From: an uncultured archaeon
Lineage (GTDB): Archaea > Asgardarchaeota > Thorarchaeia > Thorarchaeales > Thorarchaeaceae
Reading direction: 5' to 3'
Assembly (NCBI GenBank): GCA_964631415.1
Contig: CAZVZC010000014.1
Location: 14,343 to 41,519, forward strand
Length of the DNA stretch: 27,177 bases
The position numbers and the translations under genes are program-made. Shown here piece after piece: positions 16,487-25,787 of this stretch; the first letter of the stretch is position 1; every line of letters starts with the position of its first letter. Under the pieces are notes generated by a model that was not told where the DNA came from, did no database searches, and saw only the letters and a program-made list of their open reading frames with translations.

Positions 16487-18505
16487 CTATCGTTCGACCT
16501 CTCTCTTGTAACGCTCAACCATATCCACTAGGTGATCCTCGCCCTCCTTTCGGGCCTTCTCTCGAACCTCCTTCATAAAACCCTGTAGTTGCTTCTCGAG
16601 CTTCTTCCGGCTTATGAATGCAAACTCATCGACTCTCTGAAGCTCAACCTGCTTTGCTTCGATGACAGGTATTGCTGCCTTCGTCAGCGCTTCTTCTGAA
16701 AGATGTGACAACGGTGTGTCAACAATGACAGCTTTCACCCCCCGATCGATCAACATGCCCGCAGTCTGGGGACCACCTCCGCTGGCATCTTCGAACAATA
16801 TGATGTCGCCGGACCCAATACTCACCCTCCGGAAACACTCAACTATTGACTCTCTCGTAAAATGAGGAATGATCTTCACAGCCAGCGTATCGCCCCTCAG
16901 TTCCAAACGCCTGACCCCTCTGAGTAGCTCAAGACGCTTAGTCAAATCCTGTACCTGCTTACGAAGCAAATCCACTTCGCGCCGCGTGCATCCTAGCTCG
17001 GACTCCTTCTTCACGACCTCCCGGTCGCGCTTCACGTGCCAGTAATTCTCATGACTCACTATTTCCAAACTATGCTCAAGCTCGCTTTCTCTGAACCTCA
17101 GAAACTCCACAAGACGCTTGAAGTCCTCATTGCGTTCGAGAAGCGCACGACTCTCGGCTTCTAGAGCCTCATTCTTCTCTTTGAGAGTGTCGAAACGGGC
17201 CTGTGTCAGGTCCTCTTTAGGGACTTGCTGCTCAGAAGTGATCTCGACAACTTTGTGCTCTTCTCGAGTAAGACTCATCAGCGCTTGGTTGACACTCATG
17301 CCCTTGACCACTAGCGCCTTCACGTGGTTTCTATCGACTGCAATCTGTTCCTCGCGGAGCTTGGAGTCAATCTCCTCAAGCTTCGGAAGAATGCTCCTGT
17401 AGGCGTAGACTGCGGCAGTCAATGCATCTCGCTCATGAGCATTCCCAATCTGCGCTTCTTGAGAGAACTGCCGAGCTAGCTCCTGTTTGTCCGCCACAGC
17501 AATGGGCCTGCTTGGAGTGAAAACCTCCACGTTGACCGTACTTGCTATCTTCTTGACAAGGTGTGGAACCGGGGTGACGTCCGTAGCCACCAAAACAGGA
17601 ACGCCATGCTCGTATACCATCCTGATCATGTCAGCCCGAGTCAGAGCTTTCTTGCTTGTCAGGAAAACGACTGTTCCGTCCAACGACATAAGACACAGCG
17701 CTGCTGTAGTCCCTGGGTCTATCCCCAAGATGAAGTACTGCGGTGTGAATTCGGAACGTACTGGCTTTGGTTCCAATGGCAGGAACTCGACCCGCTTCCG
17801 AACAGGGGAAACGAACACGTTGAAATCGCCGCCCCTCTTAGACTCCACAAGGCCCCGGATTGCAGGTAGGGGAGCATAGGCGACAAGATGCGAACTCGCA
17901 TATCCGAAATCCGACTCCCTCACATCAATGTCATATTCGATTCCAGCCGCCTTGAGCTGAGATTCCACGAAACGGGTCGCTTGCTGAATCTCCGAGTGCA
18001 GTTTTCTACGATATCGGTTGACGCTTTGCCCCCCTCGTCCCATCTTTCGCCCTCTTGTGACTTTGATCTCTGTCTGTTCGCCGAAGCATTCGAGACTGTG
18101 CCCAACTCCGATGGAAACTAGGTATGCTGCAACCCTTGCCGATTCCAGAGGAGTGAGCTTTCCCTTGGACTGAACCCCGTATCGTCGTGCAAGCACCCTA
18201 AGGGGGATTTGGTCGGGTGGCGCCCCCGTGACTTGGACCAGCTTTGTTTCGGATGGTATCTTGCCAGATAGTTCGACCAAGGACTTGCTGTCTGGGACCA
18301 TCTCAAAGACGTTGTCCGTAGCCAAGTAGCTGGGGCGAATCTCCCTCACAAGATTCAGCAGGTCTCCTTTTGACAGGTCTGGATACTCGTTCAGAACTGC
18401 TCCATCATGCATTATTACACATGAAAACCGTGGATTCGTCTTTGAGCGTGGGCTTTGAAACGGAAGAATGTCGAAACCCATAATGAACACGCCGTCATCG
18501 CCCAT
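16487..18505 (-). CDS. DUF460-domain protein (RNase H-like fold plus coiled coil, COG2433)
   Basis: IMGFDILP, LATDNVFE, GRGGQS.NRYRR, ILGIDPGTT, HERDAL.AA and a long coiled coil; ATG 18505 preferred. Confidence 0.88.
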   Translation of the reverse strand: MGDDGVFIMGFDILPFQSPRSKTNPRFSCVIMHDGAVLNEYPDLSKGDLLNLVREIRPSYLATDNVFEMVPDSKSLVELSGKIPSETKLVQVTGAPPDQIPLRVLARRYGVQSKGKLTPLESARVAAYLVSIGVGHSLECFGEQTEIKVTRGRKMGRGGQSVNRYRRKLHSEIQQATRFVESQLKAAGIEYDIDVRESDFGYASSHLVAYAPLPAIRGLVESKRGGDFNVFVSPVRKRVEFLPLEPKPVRSEFTPQYFILGIDPGTTAALCLMSLDGTVVFLTSKKALTRADMIRMVYEHGVPVLVATDVTPVPHLVKKIASTVNVEVFTPSRPIAVADKQELARQFSQEAQIGNAHERDALTAAVYAYRSILPKLEEIDSKLREEQIAVDRNHVKALVVKGMSVNQALMSLTREEHKVVEITSEQQVPKEDLTQARFDTLKEKNEALEAESRALLERNEDFKRLVEFLRFRESELEHSLEIVSHENYWHVKRDREVVKKESELGCTRREVDLLRKQVQDLTKRLELLRGVRRLELRGDTLAVKIIPHFTRESIVECFRRVSIGSGDIILFEDASGGGPQTAGMLIDRGVKAVIVDTPLSHLSEEALTKAAIPVIEAKQVELQRVDEFAFISRKKLEKQLQGFMKEVREKARKEGEDHLVDMVERYKREVER

Positions 18506-18651
18506 GGGCTCAGCACTTGCGAATGAAATAGCAGGTTCGGCTATAAGGATTGATATCGGCATGCTGCTTGCTGTGTGATAAATGGTCACAAACAGCAAGT
18601 TTAATAAAGCTATGTTTGCGCAACATCCAAAACCCATGCGAGGCGTGTCAA

Positions 18652-18933
18652 CTGTCAGAAACACTACAAATCAACGACGAAGATGCAGTCCTGCACGTAG
18701 GACGTGCCCTTTCATCAGCAACTCGCCTGAAAATACTAAGACTCCTTTCTGATGGGGAAAAGGACGTAACCAGAGTGGCTAGACACCTCGGAGGAACTGA
18801 GGCCAATGCAAGTGCCCAAATCAAGATACTATCCGAAGCTGGTCTGCTGGATTTCCGCTACGAACCGGGGCAGCATGGACTCAAGAAGATCTCGAGGACC
18901 AAGGTCAAACGCATCATCATCGACCTAAAATAG
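18652..18933 (+). CDS. ArsR-family winged-helix transcriptional regulator
   Basis: RALSSATRLKILRLL...ANASAQIKILSEAGL...PGQHGLKK. Start uncertain (CTG 18652 or TTG 18616). Confidence 0.85.
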   Translation: MSETLQINDEDAVLHVGRALSSATRLKILRLLSDGEKDVTRVARHLGGTEANASAQIKILSEAGLLDFRYEPGQHGLKKISRTKVKRIIIDLK

Positions 18934-19049
18934 CATTGGATGACGGGCTGCCGGGATAAGGATCGGGCACAGACTCCGCAAGAATCAGCATTGGACAGAA
19001 AAAGCGTGTGGGGCACGATGGCCCGAATGATGAGCACATGCTGACTCTC

Positions 19050-19712
19050 TCAGCGGCTGAGCATTATGCTCCAGCGGCGGATTCTCCTCAGGATGTTATC
19101 TCTCTCCTCAGGACGAATTCCTTTGTCGCCTCTGGCTCTTAGAAACCTGTCAACGACCTCTATGTCAGTTGCTACTTTCTCATTCGGGTTCTCTTTCGTT
19201 ATCAGGTAGTCTTTTGCCGCTTGCAGATACTCAGCAATAACCTGAGCTGAGGCCTCTCCTTTGCGCACCTCATGTGCAATGGGATCTAGGACTCTGGCGA
19301 CTGTCGCACTGACCTCAGAAGAGCGTCCGCTGGCCTTCGGTTCGGGACCTCCCGGTGCAGTCCTGGGACCCGTTTCGGCAGACTTCGCCGGTGTTTCGGG
19401 TTCGCTTGTTGCCGCTTCGGTCTTGCCGCCCGATACCGCAGGTCGAGTAGTAGTGTCAGCTTGTGCTGGTTTGGCCTCGACTGAGCCAGTCGTTGGCACT
19501 TGAAACCCCGCTACAGTACGAACTGCACTGGACGACGGAGAAACGATCTCTGAGAAGAGTTGTACGACTGATGGCTGTGAGTCGGCTGTCGTTTCATTGG
19601 TGGCTAGACCTAGTCGACGTCGTAGTTCACGTAGTTGGTCGAATAGCTCGACAAGTCCGGATTGCATATGGTCAATCAGTCGTTTTATTTCATCCGTGTT
19701 CTTGTCAGACAT
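19050..19712 (-). CDS. Hypothetical protein: N-terminal coiled coil, A/P/T/S-rich linker, C-terminal helical domain
   Basis: 220-aa ATG-started ORF, co-oriented 82 bp downstream of herA, with protein-like modular composition. Confidence 0.75.
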   Translation of the reverse strand: MSDKNTDEIKRLIDHMQSGLVELFDQLRELRRRLGLATNETTADSQPSVVQLFSEIVSPSSSAVRTVAGFQVPTTGSVEAKPAQADTTTRPAVSGGKTEAATSEPETPAKSAETGPRTAPGGPEPKASGRSSEVSATVARVLDPIAHEVRKGEASAQVIAEYLQAAKDYLITKENPNEKVATDIEVVDRFLRARGDKGIRPEERDNILRRIRRWSIMLSR

Positions 19713-19794
19713 CTGACTTATGCCCCGAGTGTTCTTCTGACCGCAAGGGGCGGATTCCGTTTATCAGAGTTGTGATGACATGCTTGGCGAACGA

Positions 19795-21306
19795 CTACTT
19801 ATCGGTCCTCCTGATGGCTTCAGAAAGACTCCCAATGACTCCAGCAGGTTCAACCTTTCTACGACGGATTTTGACAAAGGTTGGCACGGTGACCACTTCT
19901 CCAACAAAAAGGGCTTCTCCGACTTCGAGTGTCGTTATGGAGTCTAATGACGACCGGTCAATGCCCTCACTGCTCTTTCCGATGTGCTCAAGATCGTACG
20001 GGTTCGTGCACCTGAATACAGCCTGATTGCTGCACTGGCTTAGTACTGTTGTTGACAACTTTACGGGCCGCTGAGAAACTAGGCACAGTAGAGCAAAGAA
20101 CTTGCGTCCCTCTCGAGCAATCGTTTCGATTTGATTCCTTGAAATCGCCAGTTCGTGACGGCCCTCGGGACAGAACTGATGTGCCTCCTCTATGACTAGG
20201 AGGAATGGGGGTATTCTCTGCTGCCTTCTTAGAAAGAGAAGCTCACTCGCAAGGTACGATGTGACTATCTGTTTCTTCTTCAAACTGATGAAGTCACTGA
20301 GATCGATTAGAGTGAGCTTTCCGGGACTCATGATGCTGCTCACATCAGGTACTGCCTCAATGCCAAACAGACCAGTTTCATCCAGGTTGATGAGCCAACT
20401 GACAATCGCTTCTTTGGTGTTCTTGCTGATACTGTCATCACCACGAACCAGCTCCGCGAGGTCACTGAGTGTGTAGCGCTCCTTTGATCTCTTCCGTGCC
20501 TCCGATATTACTCGCCGCAGGTCACGTATCTGAATCCCACTCATGTCAGAAACAAAGGAACTCAATCCCTCAGCAGACAGCGATGGCACTGGTATCTGGA
20601 AGTGGGATCCACGGATGTGTTCAATCTCGATCTCACCATCAGAAAGGCCCAATTGGTCAGCGGTAATGTCTTTCAGGTATGTGTACTCGCCATGTACGTC
20701 CAAGACTACCACAGCAAGTCTTCCTTGTTCCTTGGCGCGCGAAAGAAGCTCTTCCAGTAGGACTGACACAAAATAGGACTTCCCCGCACCACTCATCGCA
20801 AGGATAGCTAAATGCTTTGAGAGCAGACGATCGATTGATGGTGTGAACTCAAGCTCATGATTGGACAGTCTACCCAATCTGAGTCCGTTCTTAGTTTCTA
20901 GTTTCAAGAACGGGGCAAGAACCTCTTCTTCAGTCCTTCTTACCGGGGCTCCCGGTGGGACTGAGAAGTAGGGACGTACGACCCGGCCTTCATCCCAGAA
21001 ACCCAATACGCGAACGCTTGCGATAGTGTACTGCCAACGATCGGTGGGAAGAATCGACCGAAGTGGCTCTCCCCTTGACTGATACTCTCTCACTGCCTCT
21101 GCATGTTCATAGTAGCGATTGGTCCGAACAAGATCCTGAACCCTTGCTATGACTGTGACACTTTCAACCATCACCGACACGAACTCGCCGCGCCGCACTA
21201 TGATCTCATCTGCGGCCCCCTCAACCACAAATGCGAACTCCAGTACATTCGGTGTGGACTCTGTACAGACAACTGTGCCAAGTCGGGCGTCTTGAGGATA
21301 TACCAT
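19795..21306 (-). CDS. herA: HerA-family bipolar helicase/ATPase
   Basis: N-terminal HAS barrel, HLAILAMSGAGKS (Walker A), DVHGEY, IEEAH (Walker B), IAREGRKF and SQRP. Confidence 0.93.
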   Translation of the reverse strand: MVYPQDARLGTVVCTESTPNVLEFAFVVEGAADEIIVRRGEFVSVMVESVTVIARVQDLVRTNRYYEHAEAVREYQSRGEPLRSILPTDRWQYTIASVRVLGFWDEGRVVRPYFSVPPGAPVRRTEEEVLAPFLKLETKNGLRLGRLSNHELEFTPSIDRLLSKHLAILAMSGAGKSYFVSVLLEELLSRAKEQGRLAVVVLDVHGEYTYLKDITADQLGLSDGEIEIEHIRGSHFQIPVPSLSAEGLSSFVSDMSGIQIRDLRRVISEARKRSKERYTLSDLAELVRGDDSISKNTKEAIVSWLINLDETGLFGIEAVPDVSSIMSPGKLTLIDLSDFISLKKKQIVTSYLASELLFLRRQQRIPPFLLVIEEAHQFCPEGRHELAISRNQIETIAREGRKFFALLCLVSQRPVKLSTTVLSQCSNQAVFRCTNPYDLEHIGKSSEGIDRSSLDSITTLEVGEALFVGEVVTVPTFVKIRRRKVEPAGVIGSLSEAIRRTDK

Positions 21307-21312
21307 CAGCTC

Positions 21313-22473
21313 TCAGCCTCCAAAGGGGTTTCTGGACCGTCTCTTTTCGAGTGCCGTGTAGGTCAGACCAGAAAGCGCCATTAATCGATCTACAATGAGC
21401 TGTGATTCATTGTTGCTGATTCTCGCCCTAGCATCTGCCTCTACTATTGGCGTCGGAATGCCGTATTCGTCGTGTTGTGATGATAGCGGCATTATGGCAG
21501 ATAGTGCCTTGTCAAGGGACTTGGCGTCCTCATCATCTCCTCTTGCCAGAACCTCAACCCTCAGTGGCAAGTCCTCTCGTGCAGTCTTAAGATAGGTCAC
21601 CCAAATCCTAGAAGCCCACGGTGACAAATCCTCAGGGAAAGAGTTGAGACTCTGCTGCAGTTCTGAGGAGTACTTGAATGCAAAAGTCCTCTCGCCCTCC
21701 TCTAGGAACGTGTCCAAGATGTCACAGTCTCTTGAGATTCTGAGCAACCATCGATAGTCGACACCTTGCATCATTTCAAAGACAGATGGATCCCTCATGA
21801 GGTGTGGTAAGACATCGCCCAATATAGTGGCAACGCGGGTTGAACGACTGTCCTTAACAATGCCTACCAGAGTCGTCCCTTTCTCATTGGCCTTGCGATA
21901 CATCTGCCTGTAGAGTGCCAAGACTTCCTGAAACTTGTCATTTGTGGCGGATCCGCTAGGCGGACGGTCGCGCGGGTGGTAGAACAGGCTGCCATCGACA
22001 AGAATCAGATCCGCATGGAACTCGTCAAGCACTGACAGTGTCACTCTTAGTTCAGTAGCCATTCTCTCTAACGAAACAAACTGGTCTAGTTCCAGTCCGG
22101 AAAGTGTGAGCATGATTGGTTTGACACTGGGACTTGGAAACGGGCTTGGAAAGAAGTCCACGGAGGGCCCCTCCTTTGGGCCGAACTGAAAGATAACTGC
22201 AATGCCACGTGTGAGGACCAAGTCCATCGATCTGAAGCTTCTCCGAACTAGTCCTCCGTCGATGCCTACTATCCTGAGACCCGATAGGGCCGTTGGCTCT
22301 ATTCGTGTTACGAAGCTGGTGTCTACGGTATTCGTTGCCACTGCGGGAAAACGTCGAAGGTCAATGTTGTTCTTTATTCGTCTGAGAACTCCTCCAAAAC
22401 GCTCACGAGTCGACTGTACTCTCTCGATTTCTTCGACAAGCGCAGAAAGCATCTTGTCGAGGCTCCGATCCAC
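21313..22473 (-). CDS. nurA: NurA 5'-3' nuclease
   Basis: VGIDGG, ILVDGSL, GIVKDSRS and YGIPTPIVEADARA. Confidence 0.92.
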   Translation of the reverse strand: MDRSLDKMLSALVEEIERVQSTRERFGGVLRRIKNNIDLRRFPAVATNTVDTSFVTRIEPTALSGLRIVGIDGGLVRRSFRSMDLVLTRGIAVIFQFGPKEGPSVDFFPSPFPSPSVKPIMLTLSGLELDQFVSLERMATELRVTLSVLDEFHADLILVDGSLFYHPRDRPPSGSATNDKFQEVLALYRQMYRKANEKGTTLVGIVKDSRSTRVATILGDVLPHLMRDPSVFEMMQGVDYRWLLRISRDCDILDTFLEEGERTFAFKYSSELQQSLNSFPEDLSPWASRIWVTYLKTAREDLPLRVEVLARGDDEDAKSLDKALSAIMPLSSQHDEYGIPTPIVEADARARISNNESQLIVDRLMALSGLTYTALEKRRSRNPFGG

Positions 22474-24149
22474 TAGGTTTCCCTCTTGTGTTTGTGTTCT
22501 AAGGCGGCTCTCAGAAAGGCGACATAAAGCGGGTGTGCACTATCCGGCCTAGACTTGAACTCGGGATGGTACTGCACTCCTATCCAGAATGGATGATCCC
22601 TCAACTCGACTGCATTGATTATCTTCCCTGTCGGGTCGTATGCGGAGATTGTCATCCCCTCACTCCTCATGCGGTGGACGTATCTCTCAATGAGGTGAAA
22701 CCGGTGCCTGAATCTCTCTCTTGTTTCAGTCAGTCCATAGATGCTGTGGAGTCGAGTGCCCTCGACAATCCTGACCCCTTGCCCACCGACCCTCATTGTT
22801 CCGCCCTTCTCATCTGTGGTTCTCTGATCATCCATCAAGTCAACGACTGGGTAGAGACTGTCCGGGTCCACCTCTGTAGTGTTCGCGCCCTGCCAGCCCA
22901 TTCGCTTTCTAGCAAAGGCTACCGTCCCAAGCTGACCACCATAGCAGATGCCGAGGAACGGGATGTCGTCTTCAAATGTCACAGCCGCAGCATTAATCAT
23001 ACCCTCGACCCCGCGGGATCCAAAACCTGGAGTCAAAAGCACTCCGTCGACGGCAGCGAACTCCTCGCGTAGGCAGTCTTCTTCGTATTTTGATTCTGTG
23101 TCTACCCACTTTATTTCGACCTTCACACTACTCTGTGCTCCTGCATGTGCTAAAGCCTCACTGATGCTCTTGTATGAGTCACTCAGAGTTGTGTACTTCC
23201 CAGGCATGGCAATTGTCACAGTTTCCGAATGGGTTTCGAGCGCCTTCACCGTTTCGCGCCATGAGTCAGTTTCGGGCACATGGGGCTCTAGTCCAAAGAA
23301 ACTAACGAGCGTTTCACCCAGACCTTGGTCCTCAAACGACAAGGGTAGTTGATAGACTACTGGGATGTCAGGATTCGAGATGACTCTCTCTTCAGGGACG
23401 TTGCAGAATAGAGCAATCTTCCTTCGTGGAGAATCGGGAAGACTCCGTTCAGCTCTGCACACAATGATGTCTGGCTGGAGTCCCAGACCCTGAAGAGCAC
23501 GGACACTGTGCTGTGTTGGTTTTGTCTTGAATTCGCCTACCGCAGCAAAATACGGTACAAGGGTTACGTGGACAAGAGCAGCCCTCTCTCGGCCCACCTC
23601 TCTTGACAGCTGTCTTACGGCCTCCAAGAAGGGCATGGCTTCAATGTCACCGACTGTCCCTCCAACCTCTACTAGCAGCACATCTGGTCTTGGTTCCTTG
23701 TTGGCGACTTCCCATATTCGCCGCTTGATACAGTCAGTGACATGAGGGATTATCTGTACTGTTTTGCCCAAGAATCTACCCTTTCTCTCTTCTAGAATGA
23801 CAGAGAGGTAGATTTGCCCTGAAGTTATGTTCTGAGATGGATGGACATCCATCCCGATGAATCGTTCATAGGTGCCAAAGTCCTGATCAACTTCGGTGAT
23901 TCTGAACTCGGAGTCATCTGCGGGTCTAAACACCCACGTCTGGTCGGTCACAAACACCTCACCGTGCTCAATGGGATTGAGAGTTCCGGGGTCGATGTTG
24001 AGGTAGGGGTCAATCTTCACAATCTGAATCTTGTACCCGCGAAACTGCAGTATCTTTGCTATCGATGCGGTGGTCACACCCTTCCCGATGCCAGATAGAA
24101 CACCTCCTGTCACAAATACGAACCTTGTGCTATTATTGTCAGACTTCAA
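22473..24149 (-). CDS. pyrG: CTP synthase
   Basis: [47 protein letters not shown] and HPEF; TTG 24149 preferred. Confidence 0.97.
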   Translation of the reverse strand: MKSDNNSTRFVFVTGGVLSGIGKGVTTASIAKILQFRGYKIQIVKIDPYLNIDPGTLNPIEHGEVFVTDQTWVFRPADDSEFRITEVDQDFGTYERFIGMDVHPSQNITSGQIYLSVILEERKGRFLGKTVQIIPHVTDCIKRRIWEVANKEPRPDVLLVEVGGTVGDIEAMPFLEAVRQLSREVGRERAALVHVTLVPYFAAVGEFKTKPTQHSVRALQGLGLQPDIIVCRAERSLPDSPRRKIALFCNVPEERVISNPDIPVVYQLPLSFEDQGLGETLVSFFGLEPHVPETDSWRETVKALETHSETVTIAMPGKYTTLSDSYKSISEALAHAGAQSSVKVEIKWVDTESKYEEDCLREEFAAVDGVLLTPGFGSRGVEGMINAAAVTFEDDIPFLGICYGGQLGTVAFARKRMGWQGANTTEVDPDSLYPVVDLMDDQRTTDEKGGTMRVGGQGVRIVEGTRLHSIYGLTETRERFRHRFHLIERYVHRMRSEGMTISAYDPTGKIINAVELRDHPFWIGVQYHPEFKSRPDSAHPLYVAFLRAALEHKHKRET

Positions 24150-24268
24150 GACAGAACCCTCGAGATGATGAGCAGATTGGGTCTGGAGGAAACCCCTGAC
24201 CGTGCCAGTTGTGTGAGGTCGTAAAAAGCTATTCGCTTGACTCGTTCGGTTTCCACCGGCCCGTGTTT

Positions 24269-24850
24269 TCACAGTAGGGACGGAGCAAGGATACTTGTGC
24301 GTATGGCGTCTTGGAATAGAAAGGAGAACGCTTCTACAATATTGAATCCTTCCTTTGCTATGCTTCTGAAAACAGGGACTGACGAGGGGAGCTTGAGGTA
24401 GGATCTAATCGTATCCTCCGAAACCGTTCCAAGAAGGTCTTGCTTGTTGAGACATACAACAACCGGAAGAGGCCGTTCTTCGTCAGCCATCATCGTCATC
24501 AACTCATTCCAGCTCGCCAGATTCTCCTTCAAGAGGTGTTCTTGTGAGTCTGCAACGAATATCACACCATCAGCTCCCACTAGGACGACCTCTCTTGTTG
24601 ACCTGTAGAAGTCCTGTCCGGTTGCAGACCAGATGTGAGCACTAAGCGTCCAATTGTTACCCAAGGAGAACGGGATGGTACCGAAGTCGCAGAACATCGT
24701 TCGGCCTGCGGTGTTCTCGATTGATGTAAGACAGTCTGCACATTCAAACTTCGAGAACAACCACCTTAATGACGTGGTCTTTCCACTCATCGCAGGGCCA
24801 AAGAACACAATCTTGACTCCGACTGTTCGGCTGCCGTAGTCGATTATCAC
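24269..24850 (-). CDS. MglA-type small Ras-superfamily GTPase
   Basis: KIVFFGPAMSGKTT (G1), GRTMFCDF (G2 with Arg), SATGQ (Asp-less G3), GVIFVADSQ and NKQD (G4). GGAGG SD overlaps the upstream stop; GTG 24850 preferred. Confidence 0.9.
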   Translation of the reverse strand: MIIDYGSRTVGVKIVFFGPAMSGKTTSLRWLFSKFECADCLTSIENTAGRTMFCDFGTIPFSLGNNWTLSAHIWSATGQDFYRSTREVVLVGADGVIFVADSQEHLLKENLASWNELMTMMADEERPLPVVVCLNKQDLLGTVSEDTIRSYLKLPSSVPVFRSIAKEGFNIVEAFSFLFQDAIRTSILAPSLL

Positions 24851-24866
24851 CTTGCTCTTGACCCTC

Positions 24867-25787
24867 CTATGTTCCCCACATGCTGTCAACCCAAGCCCCC
24901 AACCCGGAGAGAGCGCCGCCCTTGACACAGTCGGAGAAGTCTTCGTGCCACTCTCCTCTGATGAAGCGGACCAGCTCAGGCATCTCTCCGGTTTCCCACC
25001 CGATGGCCTCGTAGAGATTCCGGTCGGTAAGCGTGATGGATGCTCCAAGCTGTCGAGCCAATCTTATACGTGAAAGGATCATCACAGCCCTGCGAGCCGC
25101 GTGGACATAGCTGTTGATCTCTTCATCGAACATATCATGTGTCAGCTTCTCGGAGTCGTCGTCAAGTTTCAGGACTTCATCCGCTATTTGCTCGGAGACA
25201 TTCAGATCACGTAAGGACTTCCTGAGTAGACGCCGAATTCGCTCAAGAGACTGTGTCTTTCGGCTGAGTATCTTGTTGACGATCATCTTCTCAACGTCTA
25301 GACAAGGCAGACCTGACTTGACAAGCGAAAAGCTGATTGCAGATGGCGATGTGACTCTGAGTACGCCGCAGTTGCCTGAGGTCTGCAGGATGTGTGACGC
25401 CGCCTTCACAAGAGTTTCCTCAGTCACGTGAAGCCCGAGAACGTCAGCGCCTAGAGGTATTGATACTATCCACCCCATGAACTGGGTGATCCGATCCAAA
25501 GCCAGCCTCAGACTACTCGATAGGCAACACACGACTGTCCGGCTCACCTCGTAGTCATGCCGCTCCTCGTCCCATACTGATCGGATCTCCCCCTCAGAGG
25601 TGAAATCGCGCCAAAAGACAAACTTGTGACGGTGCGGACACAGCATTGTCAGACTCTCCGTGAGGTCATCCACGAGTTCGGTGTCCTCCCCCGCCACCAA
25701 GATGGGTATTCGACCGAGTACCGAGTTCAAGAGCAATGGAAAGCCTGTGTTTGCCAGCTCTATCATCTGCATGATTGAGTAGGTCAC
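24867..25787 (-). CDS. Uncharacterised protein, candidate DENN-core (cDENN/dDENN)-like domain
   Basis: 306-aa ORF with a GTGA overlap to the upstream gene. N-terminal LNSVLGRIPILVAGEDTELVDDLTESLTMLCP follows the helix-strand-helix-P pattern recalled for folliculin/SMCR8 cDENN. The CDS is well supported; the fold call is tentative. Confidence 0.6.
   Translation of the reverse strand: MTYSIMQMIELANTGFPLLLNSVLGRIPILVAGEDTELVDDLTESLTMLCPHRHKFVFWRDFTSEGEIRSVWDEERHDYEVSRTVVCCLSSSLRLALDRITQFMGWIVSIPLGADVLGLHVTEETLVKAASHILQTSGNCGVLRVTSPSAISFSLVKSGLPCLDVEKMIVNKILSRKTQSLERIRRLLRKSLRDLNVSEQIADEVLKLDDDSEKLTHDMFDEEINSYVHAARRAVMILSRIRLARQLGASITLTDRNLYEAIGWETGEMPELVRFIRGEWHEDFSDCVKGGALSGLGAWVDSMWGT

Noticed and set aside
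18934-19049. Possible C/D-box sRNA (ATGATGA near 19027, CTGA near 19042)
   Set aside because: Only about 7 nt separate the boxes and no convincing second box pair exists.
24851-25048. N-terminal extensions given by the ORF track (GTPase, also pyrG, phoU, DUF460)
   Set aside because: They overlap neighbouring genes or promoters; downstream starts fit family N-termini better and for the GTPase and pyrG have SD-like motifs.
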